A DNA stretch of 64,000 bases from Candidatus Cloacimonadales bacterium (GCA_963663475.2 CAXXJV010000002.1:320001-384000); one strand, 5' to 3'; numbered from the stretch's first letter, positions 27,777 to 37,930 are shown. Numbers and translations: made by a program. The notes: generated from the letters alone by a model not told the origin.

Positions 27777-29048
27777 ATGAAATCACCGTTAAGTAATTTT
27801 CTTATTATCTGGATTGGTCAGCTTATTTCCAACATAGGCAATGGAATGACAGCTTTTGCACTAGGTATTTATGTTTACCAAAAAAGTGGAAGTTTAGTCA
27901 ATTTCTCCTTTATATTACTATGTCAGTTTTTGCCTGCAATTCTCCTCAGACCTCTTGGAGGAGTCTTTGCTGATAGATACAGTCGCAAATTCATGATAAT
28001 GTTAGGTGATTTAGGTTCTGCTATAGGAGTCTTCTTAATTTTATTTGCAATCACAGGAGGGGAAATAAATTTAGGTAGAATTTATCTAGGACTAGTCATA
28101 TCCTCATGTTTTATAGCTATTCAGAATCCAGCTTACAAGGCAATAATTTCAGATATAGTAGTAGCCAAAGATTTTGCAAGAGTTAGTGGATTAGTTCAAC
28201 TTTCAGCAAGTTCTCAGCATCTTATATCACCTTTATTGGCTGGCTTCATCTTAGCTATAAGTGGTATTAAGGTAATCTTATATATTGATATTTCCTCCTT
28301 TGTCTTTGCTATAGTTAGTTTAGCCTTACTAGGGAAAACAATTACTTCTCAAAGCAGGAAATTAACAAGTAATATTTGGTATGACTTAAGAGAGGGCTGG
28401 AAATATTTATTAGCAAGTAAACTTGTTATTACAATTGTGATTATCATATCTTGGGTGACCTTTTTTGTTGGTATGATCCAGAGTTTGCTTACACCAATGC
28501 TACTAACAATAACAGATGCCAAAAACATAGGAATCATTCAATCCGTAAGTGCTTCAGGTATGTTATTAAGTAGTTTATATATAGGTTTAAAGTCATTTAA
28601 AATTCACTTATCAAAGCTACTTGTTTGGTCAATGTTTTTTGCTGGCATATTAATGTCTCTTTTAGGCATTTTCACAAATTTAATAGTCATTACTCTTCTC
28701 TTCTTTCTCTTTTTTGGGCTACTACCCTTCATTAACACAGGAGCGGAAGTCATTATCAGGCAGAACATAGTCAATGAAGGTCAGGGGAGAGTATGGGGTA
28801 TGATAGGATTTATATCACAGATAGGTTATTTGCTGGCATATTTAGCTTCAGGCTGGTTAGCTGAGGAGGTTTTTAATCCTCTAATGGCAAGCAATAGCAA
28901 ATTTATAGAATATTTAGGAAGTATTACAGATTTTAATCAAGCCCAAGGAATAGCTATAATGTTTCTGTTAGCAGGCTTATTCTGGCTAGGATTAACTATA
29001 ATTAGCAGATTTAGAATTAAGGAAGGGGAAAAGAATGTTAATGTTTAA
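27777..29048 (+). CDS. MFS transporter (DHA3/Mef-like)
   Basis: WIGQLISNIG, GGVFADRYSRK, QGRVWG; about 12 TM segments. Confidence 0.9.
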   Translation: MKSPLSNFLIIWIGQLISNIGNGMTAFALGIYVYQKSGSLVNFSFILLCQFLPAILLRPLGGVFADRYSRKFMIMLGDLGSAIGVFLILFAITGGEINLGRIYLGLVISSCFIAIQNPAYKAIISDIVVAKDFARVSGLVQLSASSQHLISPLLAGFILAISGIKVILYIDISSFVFAIVSLALLGKTITSQSRKLTSNIWYDLREGWKYLLASKLVITIVIIISWVTFFVGMIQSLLTPMLLTITDAKNIGIIQSVSASGMLLSSLYIGLKSFKIHLSKLLVWSMFFAGILMSLLGIFTNLIVITLLFFLFFGLLPFINTGAEVIIRQNIVNEGQGRVWGMIGFISQIGYLLAYLASGWLAEEVFNPLMASNSKFIEYLGSITDFNQAQGIAIMFLLAGLFWLGLTIISRFRIKEGEKNVNV

Positions 29049-31377
29049 GATGTTAAAGAAAGATTTTCTGCGTAAGCCAAGTATCTTTATAGTAATCTTT
29101 ATTTTTATAACACTATCAGGTTTACTAATGTCTAATGGCGCATCATTGATAGTTCAGTTAACTTCGTCGTTAGATATATTTTTTGCGAAAGCTAAAACAC
29201 CTCACTTTGTTCAAATGCATTCAGGTGCTTTATCTAAGAGTAAGCTAGAGTTTTGGAGCCAAAACAATTCTAAGGTTGAAGAATATCAACTACTGGAGAT
29301 GATATCTATACCTGGAAATAAACTTTTTTGGGGAGACAAACACGAAGTTTTAGAAAATAGTGTTATGGATATCAGTTTTGTTGAACAGAATGAAAAGTTT
29401 GATTATCTTCTAAACTTGAATAATCAGGTGATTAAAGTATCTGCAGGGCAGATTGCTATCCCTATATATTTTAAAGAAAAATTTGCTCTAAAGAAGGGTG
29501 ATAGACTAACTTTACATTCTGAAAATCAGAATATAGACTTTGAAATTGTTTCTTTTATCAGAGATTCACAAATGAATCCAGCAATAATACATTCTAAAAG
29601 ATTTCTAATCAGTAATGAAGACAAAGAAATAGTCAGTAAAATCTTTCCCGAGAAAGAGTATTTGATAGAATATAGATTAAAGAATCTTGCTGATTTAGGA
29701 GATTTTGAAGGAGAATACCAAGCTTCAGGACTGCCTATGAATGGTCCAAGTCTAAATATCAATCTATTCAAACTCTTAAATTCACTTTCAGATGGTATTG
29801 TTGCAGGTCTTGTGATAATATTAAGTCTTTTAATTATGCTAGTAGCCATTCTTTGTCTCAGATTCGTAATTCTATCTTCACTTGAAGAAGATTTACGAGA
29901 AATAGGGGTTATGAAGGCAATAGGATTACCTTTAAGGAGAATTAAAAACATCTATAACTATAAATATCTAGGAATGAGTTATTTAGCCTTGTTAACAGGT
30001 TATGGTCTTTCCTTAATTACCAATGATTTCTTATTAGATAATATCCTCCTTTATACTGGTCAGGTTCCTACAAATTGGCAGACAATCTTTCTACCCTTCC
30101 TTGCTGCAAATCTAATTATTTTCTTCATTGCCTTATCACTCAGAATTATTATCAGAAAGATTGGTAAAATAAGCTCGGTTGAGGCTATAAATATGAGCAG
30201 AAAAAGTGGTAAAGTATCCTCTTTTTCTTTTTTATCACTACAAGCTAATAAGTTGTGGAACTTAGATCTTTTTTTAGCTTTAAGAGAAATTCTAATCAAA
30301 TTTAAACTCTACTGGTTATTACTAGTAATATTTATTTTTGCAGTATTTATTATTCTAGTTCCTTATAACATATACTATACAGTTAGTTCTCCAAATTTTA
30401 TCACCTATATGGGGATAGGTCAAAGTGATCTTCGCATAGATTTACGTAATTCATTAACTGTAAAAGATCAATTTTCTAATCTAGGACAAGCACTTGCTTC
30501 TGATGATGATATTGCTGAATATAGTAAATTGGTTACCAGTAAATATGAACTTATACTTGCCGATGAAAGCAGGGAGAGTGTGGCTATTGAAAGCGGAAAT
30601 AGTAAAGATTTTCCTTTAAGCTATCTTCAAGGCCAGGCCCCAAGTAAAGACTCAGAAATATCACTTTCTTTCTTGAATTCCCAAGAACTTAACAAGGGTC
30701 TTAATGATAGTCTCAGACTTGTCATTAATGACCAAGAAAAGCTTTTAAAAATCACTGGTATTTATCAGGATATAACCAATGGAGGTAAATCTGCTAAAGC
30801 ACTGTTCGATTACGATAGCGAAAATGTCTTATGGTACACAATTTTGCTAAATGTTAAAGCTGGTGTTAATATCCAAGACAAGCTTAAAGAATATAAAACT
30901 CTAGTCCCTTCTGCCCGAGTTACCGATATTTCAGGTTATCTGCAACAAACTTTTGGAAGCACTATAAGAGCTATTAAGCAAGTAGCAATTATTGCAGGCA
31001 TGGCAGGATTATTCATAAGTCTCTTTATCAGTCTTCTCTTCCTTAAAATGATGATTAACAAAGATATGGCATCTCTTGCAATCATGATGAGCCAAGGATT
31101 TAGTAAGAGGTCTATTCAAATGCAATATATCTACAGGACTTTCTTTCTCTTAGTATCTGGCTTATTATTTGGTATTTTATTAACTTATTCTCTGGGACAA
31201 AGAATTATTTCTCTTTTTTCTGCTATGTTAGGAATTGCTAAATTCTCTTTTGAATATAACCCTCTTTTCCTATTTGTTATCCTACCACTTACCCTTATTA
31301 TCGCAGTGGTATTGACCACTATCATAAGTCTTAAATCACTATCAAATGAAAATTTAATAAATAGAATTACCCAATAG
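29035..31377 (+). CDS. ABC transporter permease (duplicated FtsX/MacB type)
   Basis: REIGVMKAIG motif; two TM clusters with extracytoplasmic domains. Confidence 0.88.
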   Translation: MLMFKMLKKDFLRKPSIFIVIFIFITLSGLLMSNGASLIVQLTSSLDIFFAKAKTPHFVQMHSGALSKSKLEFWSQNNSKVEEYQLLEMISIPGNKLFWGDKHEVLENSVMDISFVEQNEKFDYLLNLNNQVIKVSAGQIAIPIYFKEKFALKKGDRLTLHSENQNIDFEIVSFIRDSQMNPAIIHSKRFLISNEDKEIVSKIFPEKEYLIEYRLKNLADLGDFEGEYQASGLPMNGPSLNINLFKLLNSLSDGIVAGLVIILSLLIMLVAILCLRFVILSSLEEDLREIGVMKAIGLPLRRIKNIYNYKYLGMSYLALLTGYGLSLITNDFLLDNILLYTGQVPTNWQTIFLPFLAANLIIFFIALSLRIIIRKIGKISSVEAINMSRKSGKVSSFSFLSLQANKLWNLDLFLALREILIKFKLYWLLLVIFIFAVFIILVPYNIYYTVSSPNFITYMGIGQSDLRIDLRNSLTVKDQFSNLGQALASDDDIAEYSKLVTSKYELILADESRESVAIESGNSKDFPLSYLQGQAPSKDSEISLSFLNSQELNKGLNDSLRLVINDQEKLLKITGIYQDITNGGKSAKALFDYDSENVLWYTILLNVKAGVNIQDKLKEYKTLVPSARVTDISGYLQQTFGSTIRAIKQVAIIAGMAGLFISLFISLLFLKMMINKDMASLAIMMSQGFSKRSIQMQYIYRTFFLLVSGLLFGILLTYSLGQRIISLFSAMLGIAKFSFEYNPLFLFVILPLTLIIAVVLTTIISLKSLSNENLINRITQ

Positions 31378-31385
31378 GAGGAAGT

Positions 31386-32150
31386 ATGAATACTGTTTTA
31401 AGTGCACAAAATCTAAATAAGATTTTTAACCAACATAAAGAAAATGAACTTCACATTCTAAAAGATATAAAGCTTGAATTAAAAGAAGGAGAATTTGTAA
31501 CTATTATGGGACCTTCTGGTTCAGGAAAATCTACCCTACTCTATAATATCAGCGGTATGGATAGACCTTCCTCTGGCAAAGTAGAATTCTTAGGTCAAGA
31601 TATCTCCTTGCTTAAAGAAAAAGAACTAGCTCAGCTTAGACTTACTAAAATGGGCTTTATTTTCCAACATATTAACCTTTTAAAGAATTTGTCTTTATTT
31701 GATAATATCATTCTGACAGCTTATCATGCTGCTAAAAAAAATAGAAAGCTGATTGATCAAAGAGCTAGAGATCTTATGGCTAAAACTGCAATTAGCCACT
31801 TAGCTGACAAGGATTTAACCCAAGCTTCTGGAGGAGAACTTCAACGTGTAGGTATCTGCCGTGCCTTAATAAATAATCCCCAAATTATTTTCGGTGATGA
31901 ACCTACTGGTGCCCTCAACTCTAAATCTACTGAAAATATTATGGATATTCTGATTGATATTAATAAAGAGGGTAAAAGTCTCTTTATTGCCACACATGAT
32001 ATTAAAGTAGCTAATAGATCTGATAGAGTCATTTTTATGCTTGATGGGAAAATTCTGGCAGAAAAATATCTTGGTAAATATGATCAATGTTCAGATAAAA
32101 AACTTAGAGAAAGAGAGCTAAGTAAATGGCTGATTGATAATGGTTTCTAA
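31386..32150 (+). CDS. ABC transporter ATP-binding protein (LolD/MacB-like)
   Basis: GPSGSGKS, SGGELQR, DEPTGAL, ATHD. Confidence 0.95.
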   Translation: MNTVLSAQNLNKIFNQHKENELHILKDIKLELKEGEFVTIMGPSGSGKSTLLYNISGMDRPSSGKVEFLGQDISLLKEKELAQLRLTKMGFIFQHINLLKNLSLFDNIILTAYHAAKKNRKLIDQRARDLMAKTAISHLADKDLTQASGGELQRVGICRALINNPQIIFGDEPTGALNSKSTENIMDILIDINKEGKSLFIATHDIKVANRSDRVIFMLDGKILAEKYLGKYDQCSDKKLRERELSKWLIDNGF

Positions 32151-32271
32151 TTGAGTAAACTTACTTGTAATCACAAGTGGTAATGGTTAAGATAAGAGCT
32201 ATCTTAACTGACAGACAACTGGGGTAATTGCTATTCTTTCTTGCTTAAGCAGGAAGTAGCATACCCCTTAT

Positions 32272-32332
32272 TCCTTCCTTTACAGTATCTCGATGAAAAG
32301 CGGACTTTCATCTAGATGCCGTAAAGGACGGA
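32272..32332. repeat. Palindromic element family A, diverged copy
   Basis: 27-bp imperfect arms, 7-nt loop AGCGGAC; homologous to 33386-33464 and 57871-57931. Confidence 0.85.
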
Positions 32333-32606
32333 TAAAGGATGAAAGCAGGGAAATCCTAGAAAATGACAAAGGATAATTACTTTATAAATGCTAGAAAATT
32401 CTCTTTCTTAACTAATGATCTTCAAAAATCTTTGCATGAATATTATTGGATAGATCTCTAGTTAATTTAGACCTGGCAATCTACTATAGAAAAGTTAGTC
32501 TTTATTCTTTAATAAGAGCTTTAAGACAGGTTATAATTAGTATTATGAAGTAAATCTTATTATATACTAAATCTTTAAAAGGGGAGTCCAAATGCACTTT
32601 TCTGCC

Positions 32607-33146
32607 TTAACTAACCTCTCCCATTAACATCTCTAAATTATCTAGCAAGTATTTTTGTCCTTGGCGATTGGCCTTGACTTGGTCAAATTCTTTTCCATTC
32701 ATCTCTCTGTGAACTGAAACAAAACCATAGTCTGCTGAATTAGCTAGCACTGTAGTTTCTTTCTTATTTCTACTGTTGATAAATTCTCCTAGGATTCCAA
32801 GCGTTTTTAAACTTTGAATAATAGTACGGGCCGAGGCTTTCTTGCTGATAGATTCATCGATAACTTCATTAACTAGATTAGTAAATTGAGTAAAGCCAAT
32901 AGTCTCAGAATCAATTAAGATTTTAGCCTTCTGTTGGGGAGTGATTATAAAATGAGGATTTGTATTCTTGGGTAATACTTTTGCTTTCTCTAATTGGTCA
33001 GCACAAAACAAAAAACACCTTATCATTTTAGGGTTATTTACAAAGTTACTTTCCTCAATTGTCTCTTTCGTTAAGGGGTTTATACCTCGGGCAATCTCTC
33101 TTAAAATCTCTTGGGCTCGAGTAACCAATTCGATATCTTTATGCAT
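32607..33146 (-). CDS. Hypothetical protein
   Basis: 179-aa ORF with AAGGAG RBS; GINPLT motif. Confidence 0.7.
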   Translation of the reverse strand: MHKDIELVTRAQEILREIARGINPLTKETIEESNFVNNPKMIRCFLFCADQLEKAKVLPKNTNPHFIITPQQKAKILIDSETIGFTQFTNLVNEVIDESISKKASARTIIQSLKTLGILGEFINSRNKKETTVLANSADYGFVSVHREMNGKEFDQVKANRQGQKYLLDNLEMLMGEVS

Positions 33147-33385
33147 GATTATTTACTCCTTTTAAATTAATTTATTTATAGATATTAAAAATGAGATTAA
33201 TTGTCAAGTAAAATATGGTGTATTAAGTTGGACCAAACAAAGAGACTGGCATCCCAGGACCCAAAAAGGGGTATGATTTTAGCAAAGTAGGGATTTGGCA
33301 GTCTGGATGTCACTATGAAAGAAAGAAGATGACGGCCTTCTATTATCCCTCAGTCAAGAGAAATAGGCACTAATCTTACTCTTTC

Positions 33386-33464
33386 CATCCATTATCCTTC
33401 CTTTACAGTCTTTCGATGAAACACGGACTTTCATCGAAAGACTGTAAAGGAAGGATAATGGATG
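33386..33464. repeat. Palindromic element family A
   Basis: Perfect 36-bp arms, loop CACGGAC. Confidence 0.95.
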
Positions 33465-33539
33465 ATAAGGGTATTAATAAGACCAGTCTTCCTCAACCCT
33501 AGGTAAGGGACTTCTGGCGAATTTCTCTTGACTGAGGGA

Positions 33540-33708
33540 TAATCCCAAATAATGCAGTAGACCTTTGTGAATAGCACTATATTCTTCTGCAAAAGTAGCT
33601 TCCATAATTTCTCCGAATATATAAAATATATGCGTCAAAATTCTGTAAGCTATTTTGCTAGAATAATCTGCACTCTTCACTAAAGCTCTACTACACTATC
33701 TGGGATAA
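33540..33708. repeat. Palindromic element family B (169 bp, MITE-like)
   Basis: Colinear homologue at 60828-60996; whole element is an imperfect inverted repeat. Confidence 0.88.
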
Positions 33709-33769
33709 TAGAAGGCAGTCTTCTTCTTTTTCTGAGACCTTTTATATGGAGTGGAAGCCATACCCGTCT

Positions 33770-33981
33770 TTGGGTCGCGGGATTCCAGCCCGCGGTGACG
33801 CAGATGCCAAGTGGTAATGGGCTTGGGTCGCGGGATTCCAGCCCGCGTTTACGCAGAAATCAAGTGCTTACGGGCTTGGATCGCGGGATTCCAGCCCGCG
33901 GTTACGCAGATGCCAAGTGGTTACGGGATTGGGTCGCGGGATTCCAGCCCGCGGTTACGCAGATGCCAAGTGGTTACGGGG
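33770..33981 (+). repeat. 4 x 53-bp GC-rich tandem repeat with REP-like hairpin
   Basis: Units start at 33770, 33823, 33876, 33929; core CGCGGGATTCCAGCCCGCG. Confidence 0.95.
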
Positions 33982-33983
33982 AC

Positions 33984-34090
33984 TATGGAATGTAAGCACC
34001 CTTGCTTACACAGTCTTTTTTTTATAGAAGTAAGCATCCTTGCTTACATAGTCTTTTTTTATGGAATGTAAGCATCCCTGCTTACATAGT
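33984..34090 (+). repeat. 3 tandem REP-like hairpins
   Basis: GAA(T)GTAAGCA-N4-TGCTTACA-YAGT three times. Confidence 0.9.
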
Positions 34091-34277
34091 ATTTCTGTTT
34101 CCCAAAGCCCTAGCATTTCTGGCATTTCCCTCTGAACAAAACTATTTCATCAACTTAGAAAGTAGGGTCTAATAAAAGATTATTGACATAATTCATTTAT
34201 AAATATAAATTGAGTAATTAAATAAATAAAAGATTATGAAACTTCAAAGCAAGCTGCTAAGTAAAAAGGAGATAAGA

Positions 34278-35582
34278 ATGAATCCTGTTGAGTTAATAAT
34301 AAAAAAGAGAGATGGAAAAGAGTTAAGTAAAGAAGAAATGAAGTATTTTGTTAACTCTTATATAGATGGTAAAATACCTGACTACCAAATGTCAGCAATG
34401 CTGATGGCAATCTTTTTCCAAGGAATGGCTACAGATGAGATAGTCTCCTTAACAGATGTCTATATTAATAGTGGTGTAAGAGTTAATTTCCCTGCTCAAA
34501 TGAATACTGTTGATAAACACTCAACAGGTGGAGTAGGAGACAAGATTACTCTAATGCTTGCTCCCTTAGTTGCTTCTTTAGGTGTAAAGATACCAATGAT
34601 TTCTGGTAGAGGCTTAGGTCATACAGGTGGAACTCTAGATAAACTAGAATCTATTCCTGGTTTCAGAACTGATTATAAGAGTGAGCAATTTAAAAAAATG
34701 GTTAATGATACTAATCTGTCCATAATTCAACAGAGTAAGGAATTAGTTCCTGCTGATAAGATTATCTATGCTATGCGAGATGTAAGCGGAACTGTTGAAA
34801 GTTATCCCCTCATTACTGCTAGTATTATGAGTAAGAAGATTGCTGAAGGCGCTCAGAATCTAGCAGTTGACCTCAAGGTAGGCAGTGGAGCCTTTATGAA
34901 GAATCTCGAGCAAGCTAAAGAACTAGCCAAATATCTTAAACTAACAGGGCAAGCTTTCGGACAAAAAGTTTCTATAACTTTTACTAACATGAACTCACCC
35001 TTAGGATATGCCATAGGTAATGCCCTAGAAATTAAAGAAACTATTGATTACTTAAAAGGGGCTGATTTACCTGATATTGATGCTATTACAAAAGCTTTAG
35101 CTGTTAATATGGTTTTAATGGGCAAAAAAGCAGACAGTAGGGAAGAGGCTCTTGGTTTAGTAGAAGACTCTTTAAAATCTGGTAAAGCACTTGCTTATTT
35201 CAAAGATTTTATCCGAGAACAGGGTGGCGATCCTAGAGTAATAGATGATTATTCTCTGCTCCCACATACTAATAACAAAATTGAAATTATTTCAGATAAG
35301 ACTGGTTATGTTAAGTCTATTGATAGCAAGAGTATTGGTTATGCTCTAGTTGGCATCGGAGCTGGTAGAAAGAAGCTTGAAGATAAACTAAACTATGCTA
35401 GTGGAGCCGAACTCTTCAAAAAGATAGGGGATAAGGTGGAAAAAGATCAGGTAATTGGTTATTTGTATTGTGATGACCAATCCTTAATCAAAGAAAGCAT
35501 AAACAGAATAAAAAGTTCCTATCAAATTGTAGATGAGCAAGTGGCAAAAGAAGACATTATTTTAGAGGAATGGGAAATATAA
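34278..35582 (+). CDS. pdp: Pyrimidine-nucleoside/thymidine phosphorylase
   Basis: KKRDG, DKHSTGGVGDK, SGRGLGHTGGTLDKLESIPG, SIMSKK. Confidence 0.95.
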   Translation: MNPVELIIKKRDGKELSKEEMKYFVNSYIDGKIPDYQMSAMLMAIFFQGMATDEIVSLTDVYINSGVRVNFPAQMNTVDKHSTGGVGDKITLMLAPLVASLGVKIPMISGRGLGHTGGTLDKLESIPGFRTDYKSEQFKKMVNDTNLSIIQQSKELVPADKIIYAMRDVSGTVESYPLITASIMSKKIAEGAQNLAVDLKVGSGAFMKNLEQAKELAKYLKLTGQAFGQKVSITFTNMNSPLGYAIGNALEIKETIDYLKGADLPDIDAITKALAVNMVLMGKKADSREEALGLVEDSLKSGKALAYFKDFIREQGGDPRVIDDYSLLPHTNNKIEIISDKTGYVKSIDSKSIGYALVGIGAGRKKLEDKLNYASGAELFKKIGDKVEKDQVIGYLYCDDQSLIKESINRIKSSYQIVDEQVAKEDIILEEWEI

Positions 35583-35766
35583 TTTGACAAGTATTTATAT
35601 TCCTATAATATGACAAGAAGGTTAAGCTTAGACAAATATTGAATTAAAAGCTCTTTAGTAGAGTATTTAAGAATATGCTTGACACTATGATAAATGAAAA
35701 TAATTTGTCATTTCGTATAGAAAAATTATAATAAATAAATAAAAATTAATAGATAAGGAGCTGAAA

Positions 35767-35943
35767 ATGCCTGTACCTAAACGAAAAACATCTAAGTGTA
35801 ATAGAGATAAAAGAAGAACTCATTACAAAGCTACAATGCCGACTTGGACTACTTGCTCAAGCTGTGGCGAACCTACAAGACCACATCATATTTGTAAAAA
35901 CTGTGGAAACTATAATAAAAGAGAAGTAATAGTAGCTGAATAA
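35767..35943 (+). CDS. rpmF: 50S ribosomal protein L32 (Zn-ribbon type), not in ORF track
   Basis: MPVPKRKTSK...CSSCGEPTRPHHICKNCGNY; AAGGAG RBS; precedes plsX. Confidence 0.96.
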   Translation: MPVPKRKTSKCNRDKRRTHYKATMPTWTTCSSCGEPTRPHHICKNCGNYNKREVIVAE

Positions 35944-36951
35944 ATGAAAATAGCTTTAGACGCTTTTGGTAGTGACAAAGCACCTTTCCCTGAAGTGGAA
36001 GGTGCTGTCTTAGCTATCAAAGAAAATCTTTGTGAAAAAGTATTTCTTGTTGGTGATGAAAATATTCTTAACAAAGAACTTTCTAAATACTATTACGATA
36101 AGAAAAGAATTGAAATCGTTCATGCAACTGAAGTAATCGAAATGACAGACTCTCCTTCTGAAGCTGCTCGAAAGAAGAAAGACTCTTCTATGGTTAGAGC
36201 TATGAAACTTCATAAGGAAGGTCTGGCAGACGGTGTCGTTTCTGCTGGAAACTCAGGTGCCATGATGGCTACTTCTCTATTTGTTTTAGGTCGTATCAAA
36301 GGGGTTCTTAGACCTGCCATTGCTATTACCTTCCCAACTAAATCAGGTAGTGAAATTATCCTTGATGTTGGAGCTAATACTGATTGCGATGCTAAACATT
36401 TAGTCCAATTTGCTGAATTAGGAAGCATGTATTCTCAATTTATTGACAAAATAGATAATCCACGTGTTTCCCTTCTCAACATTGGTGAAGAAGACAAAAA
36501 AGGTAACGAACTTACTAAAGAAGTTCATAAGCTTTTAAGCTCTGATGCTGATGTTAATTTTATCGGAAATATTGAAGGCAAAGACGTTCTAAAAGGTGTT
36601 ACAGACGTGATAGTCTGTGATGGCTTTACTGGAAATGTTATGCTAAAAACTGTCGAAGGAGCTGCTCTAGCTATCTTCGAGATTTTAAAAGAACAATTCG
36701 CTAAAGACTGGGTTGCTAAAATCGGAGCTCTCCTCTCTCTTCCTGTATTTAACTATCTCAAGAAGAAATTAGACCATACTGAATATGGCGGAGCTTTATT
36801 AATCGGTTTGAAAGGTATCCCTATTGTCTCCCATGGGAGGTCAAACAGTAAGGCTATCAAAAATGCAATTAAACTAGCTAGTAAACTTGCAGCAACTGAT
36901 TTTATCCAAAGGTCAAGTGAATATTTTGAGAGGAAAAAAGATGAAGTATAA
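35944..36951 (+). CDS. plsX: Phosphate acyltransferase
   Basis: IALDAFGSD, SAGNSGA, LDVGAN, NIGEE, VCDGFTGN. Confidence 0.96.
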   Translation: MKIALDAFGSDKAPFPEVEGAVLAIKENLCEKVFLVGDENILNKELSKYYYDKKRIEIVHATEVIEMTDSPSEAARKKKDSSMVRAMKLHKEGLADGVVSAGNSGAMMATSLFVLGRIKGVLRPAIAITFPTKSGSEIILDVGANTDCDAKHLVQFAELGSMYSQFIDKIDNPRVSLLNIGEEDKKGNELTKEVHKLLSSDADVNFIGNIEGKDVLKGVTDVIVCDGFTGNVMLKTVEGAALAIFEILKEQFAKDWVAKIGALLSLPVFNYLKKKLDHTEYGGALLIGLKGIPIVSHGRSNSKAIKNAIKLASKLAATDFIQRSSEYFERKKDEV

Positions 36952-37930
36952 AGCTAAAATTAGTTCTTTTGGACATTATGTTCCTGAGAAAATAGTTAAC
37001 AACTTTGATTTAGAAAAGATTGTTGATACTTCTGATGAATGGATCAGAACTAGAACAGGTATGTTCGAAAGAAGAGTCGCTGCTAAAAATGAAAATACTA
37101 GTGATTTAGCATATAACGCAGCTATGAACGCTATTGAAAAATCTTCTGTCAAGTATAAAGATATCGAATTAATTATTGTTGCTACAATTTCAGGAGACCA
37201 TTCCTACCCTTCTACCTCATGCTTAGTCCAGAAAAAACTCGGACTTAAAGGCATTCCTGCTTTTGATGTATCTGCAGGCTGTACAGGTTTTATCTATGGT
37301 ATTAATATAGCTAAACAGTTTATCGAAAATGGTAGCTATCAACATATTCTTGTTGTGGGAGTTGAATTACTTTCCCGCTTCCTTAATTGGGAAGATAGAA
37401 ATACCTGTGTTCTCTTTGGAGATGGTGCTGGCTCTGCTATTGTTTCTCGTAATGATAGAGGAGATATTTCAGAATTTATCGATGGTGACTTAGAAGCTGA
37501 TGGTTCTCACGATGATATTCTTATCCAACCAGCTGGTGGTTCTGCTATGCCTGCCTCTGAAGAAACAGTTAAACAAAACTTGCACACTGTTCATATGAAT
37601 GGTAATAAAGTTTTTAAATTAGCTGTAAAATCAATGCAATCTTCATGTGAAAAATTAATTAAAAGAAATGATATAAGAATTTCTGAAATAGACTGGCTTA
37701 TATCCCATCAAGCTAATATGAGAATCATAGAAGCTCTAGGTAAAAAGCTCAAAATAGATAAAGATCATGTTATTGTTAATATTGAAAAGTATGCTAATAC
37801 TTCTGCAGCTACAATTCCTATCGCTATTTCTGAAGCTATTGAAATGGGGAAGATTAAACGTGGTGATCTGCTTTTGATGGTTTCATTTGGTGCTGGTCTT
37901 ACTTGGGGTTCTGCCTTAATTAGGTATTAG
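36941..37930 (+). CDS. fabH: 3-oxoacyl-ACP synthase III
   Basis: DTSDEWI, AGCTGF, LFGDGAG, HQAN, NTS. Confidence 0.96.
   Translation: MKYKAKISSFGHYVPEKIVNNFDLEKIVDTSDEWIRTRTGMFERRVAAKNENTSDLAYNAAMNAIEKSSVKYKDIELIIVATISGDHSYPSTSCLVQKKLGLKGIPAFDVSAGCTGFIYGINIAKQFIENGSYQHILVVGVELLSRFLNWEDRNTCVLFGDGAGSAIVSRNDRGDISEFIDGDLEADGSHDDILIQPAGGSAMPASEETVKQNLHTVHMNGNKVFKLAVKSMQSSCEKLIKRNDIRISEIDWLISHQANMRIIEALGKKLKIDKDHVIVNIEKYANTSAATIPIAISEAIEMGKIKRGDLLLMVSFGAGLTWGSALIRY

Noticed and set aside
33474-33680. 68-aa minus-strand ORF
   Set aside because: Mostly overlaps the palindromic family B element; probably spurious
33770-33981. CRISPR array
   Set aside because: Sequences between hairpins are near-identical, so this is a tandem repeat without unique spacers
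33795-34071. ORFs 33795-33995 and 33811-34071
   Set aside because: Translations of the tandem repeats; no RBS
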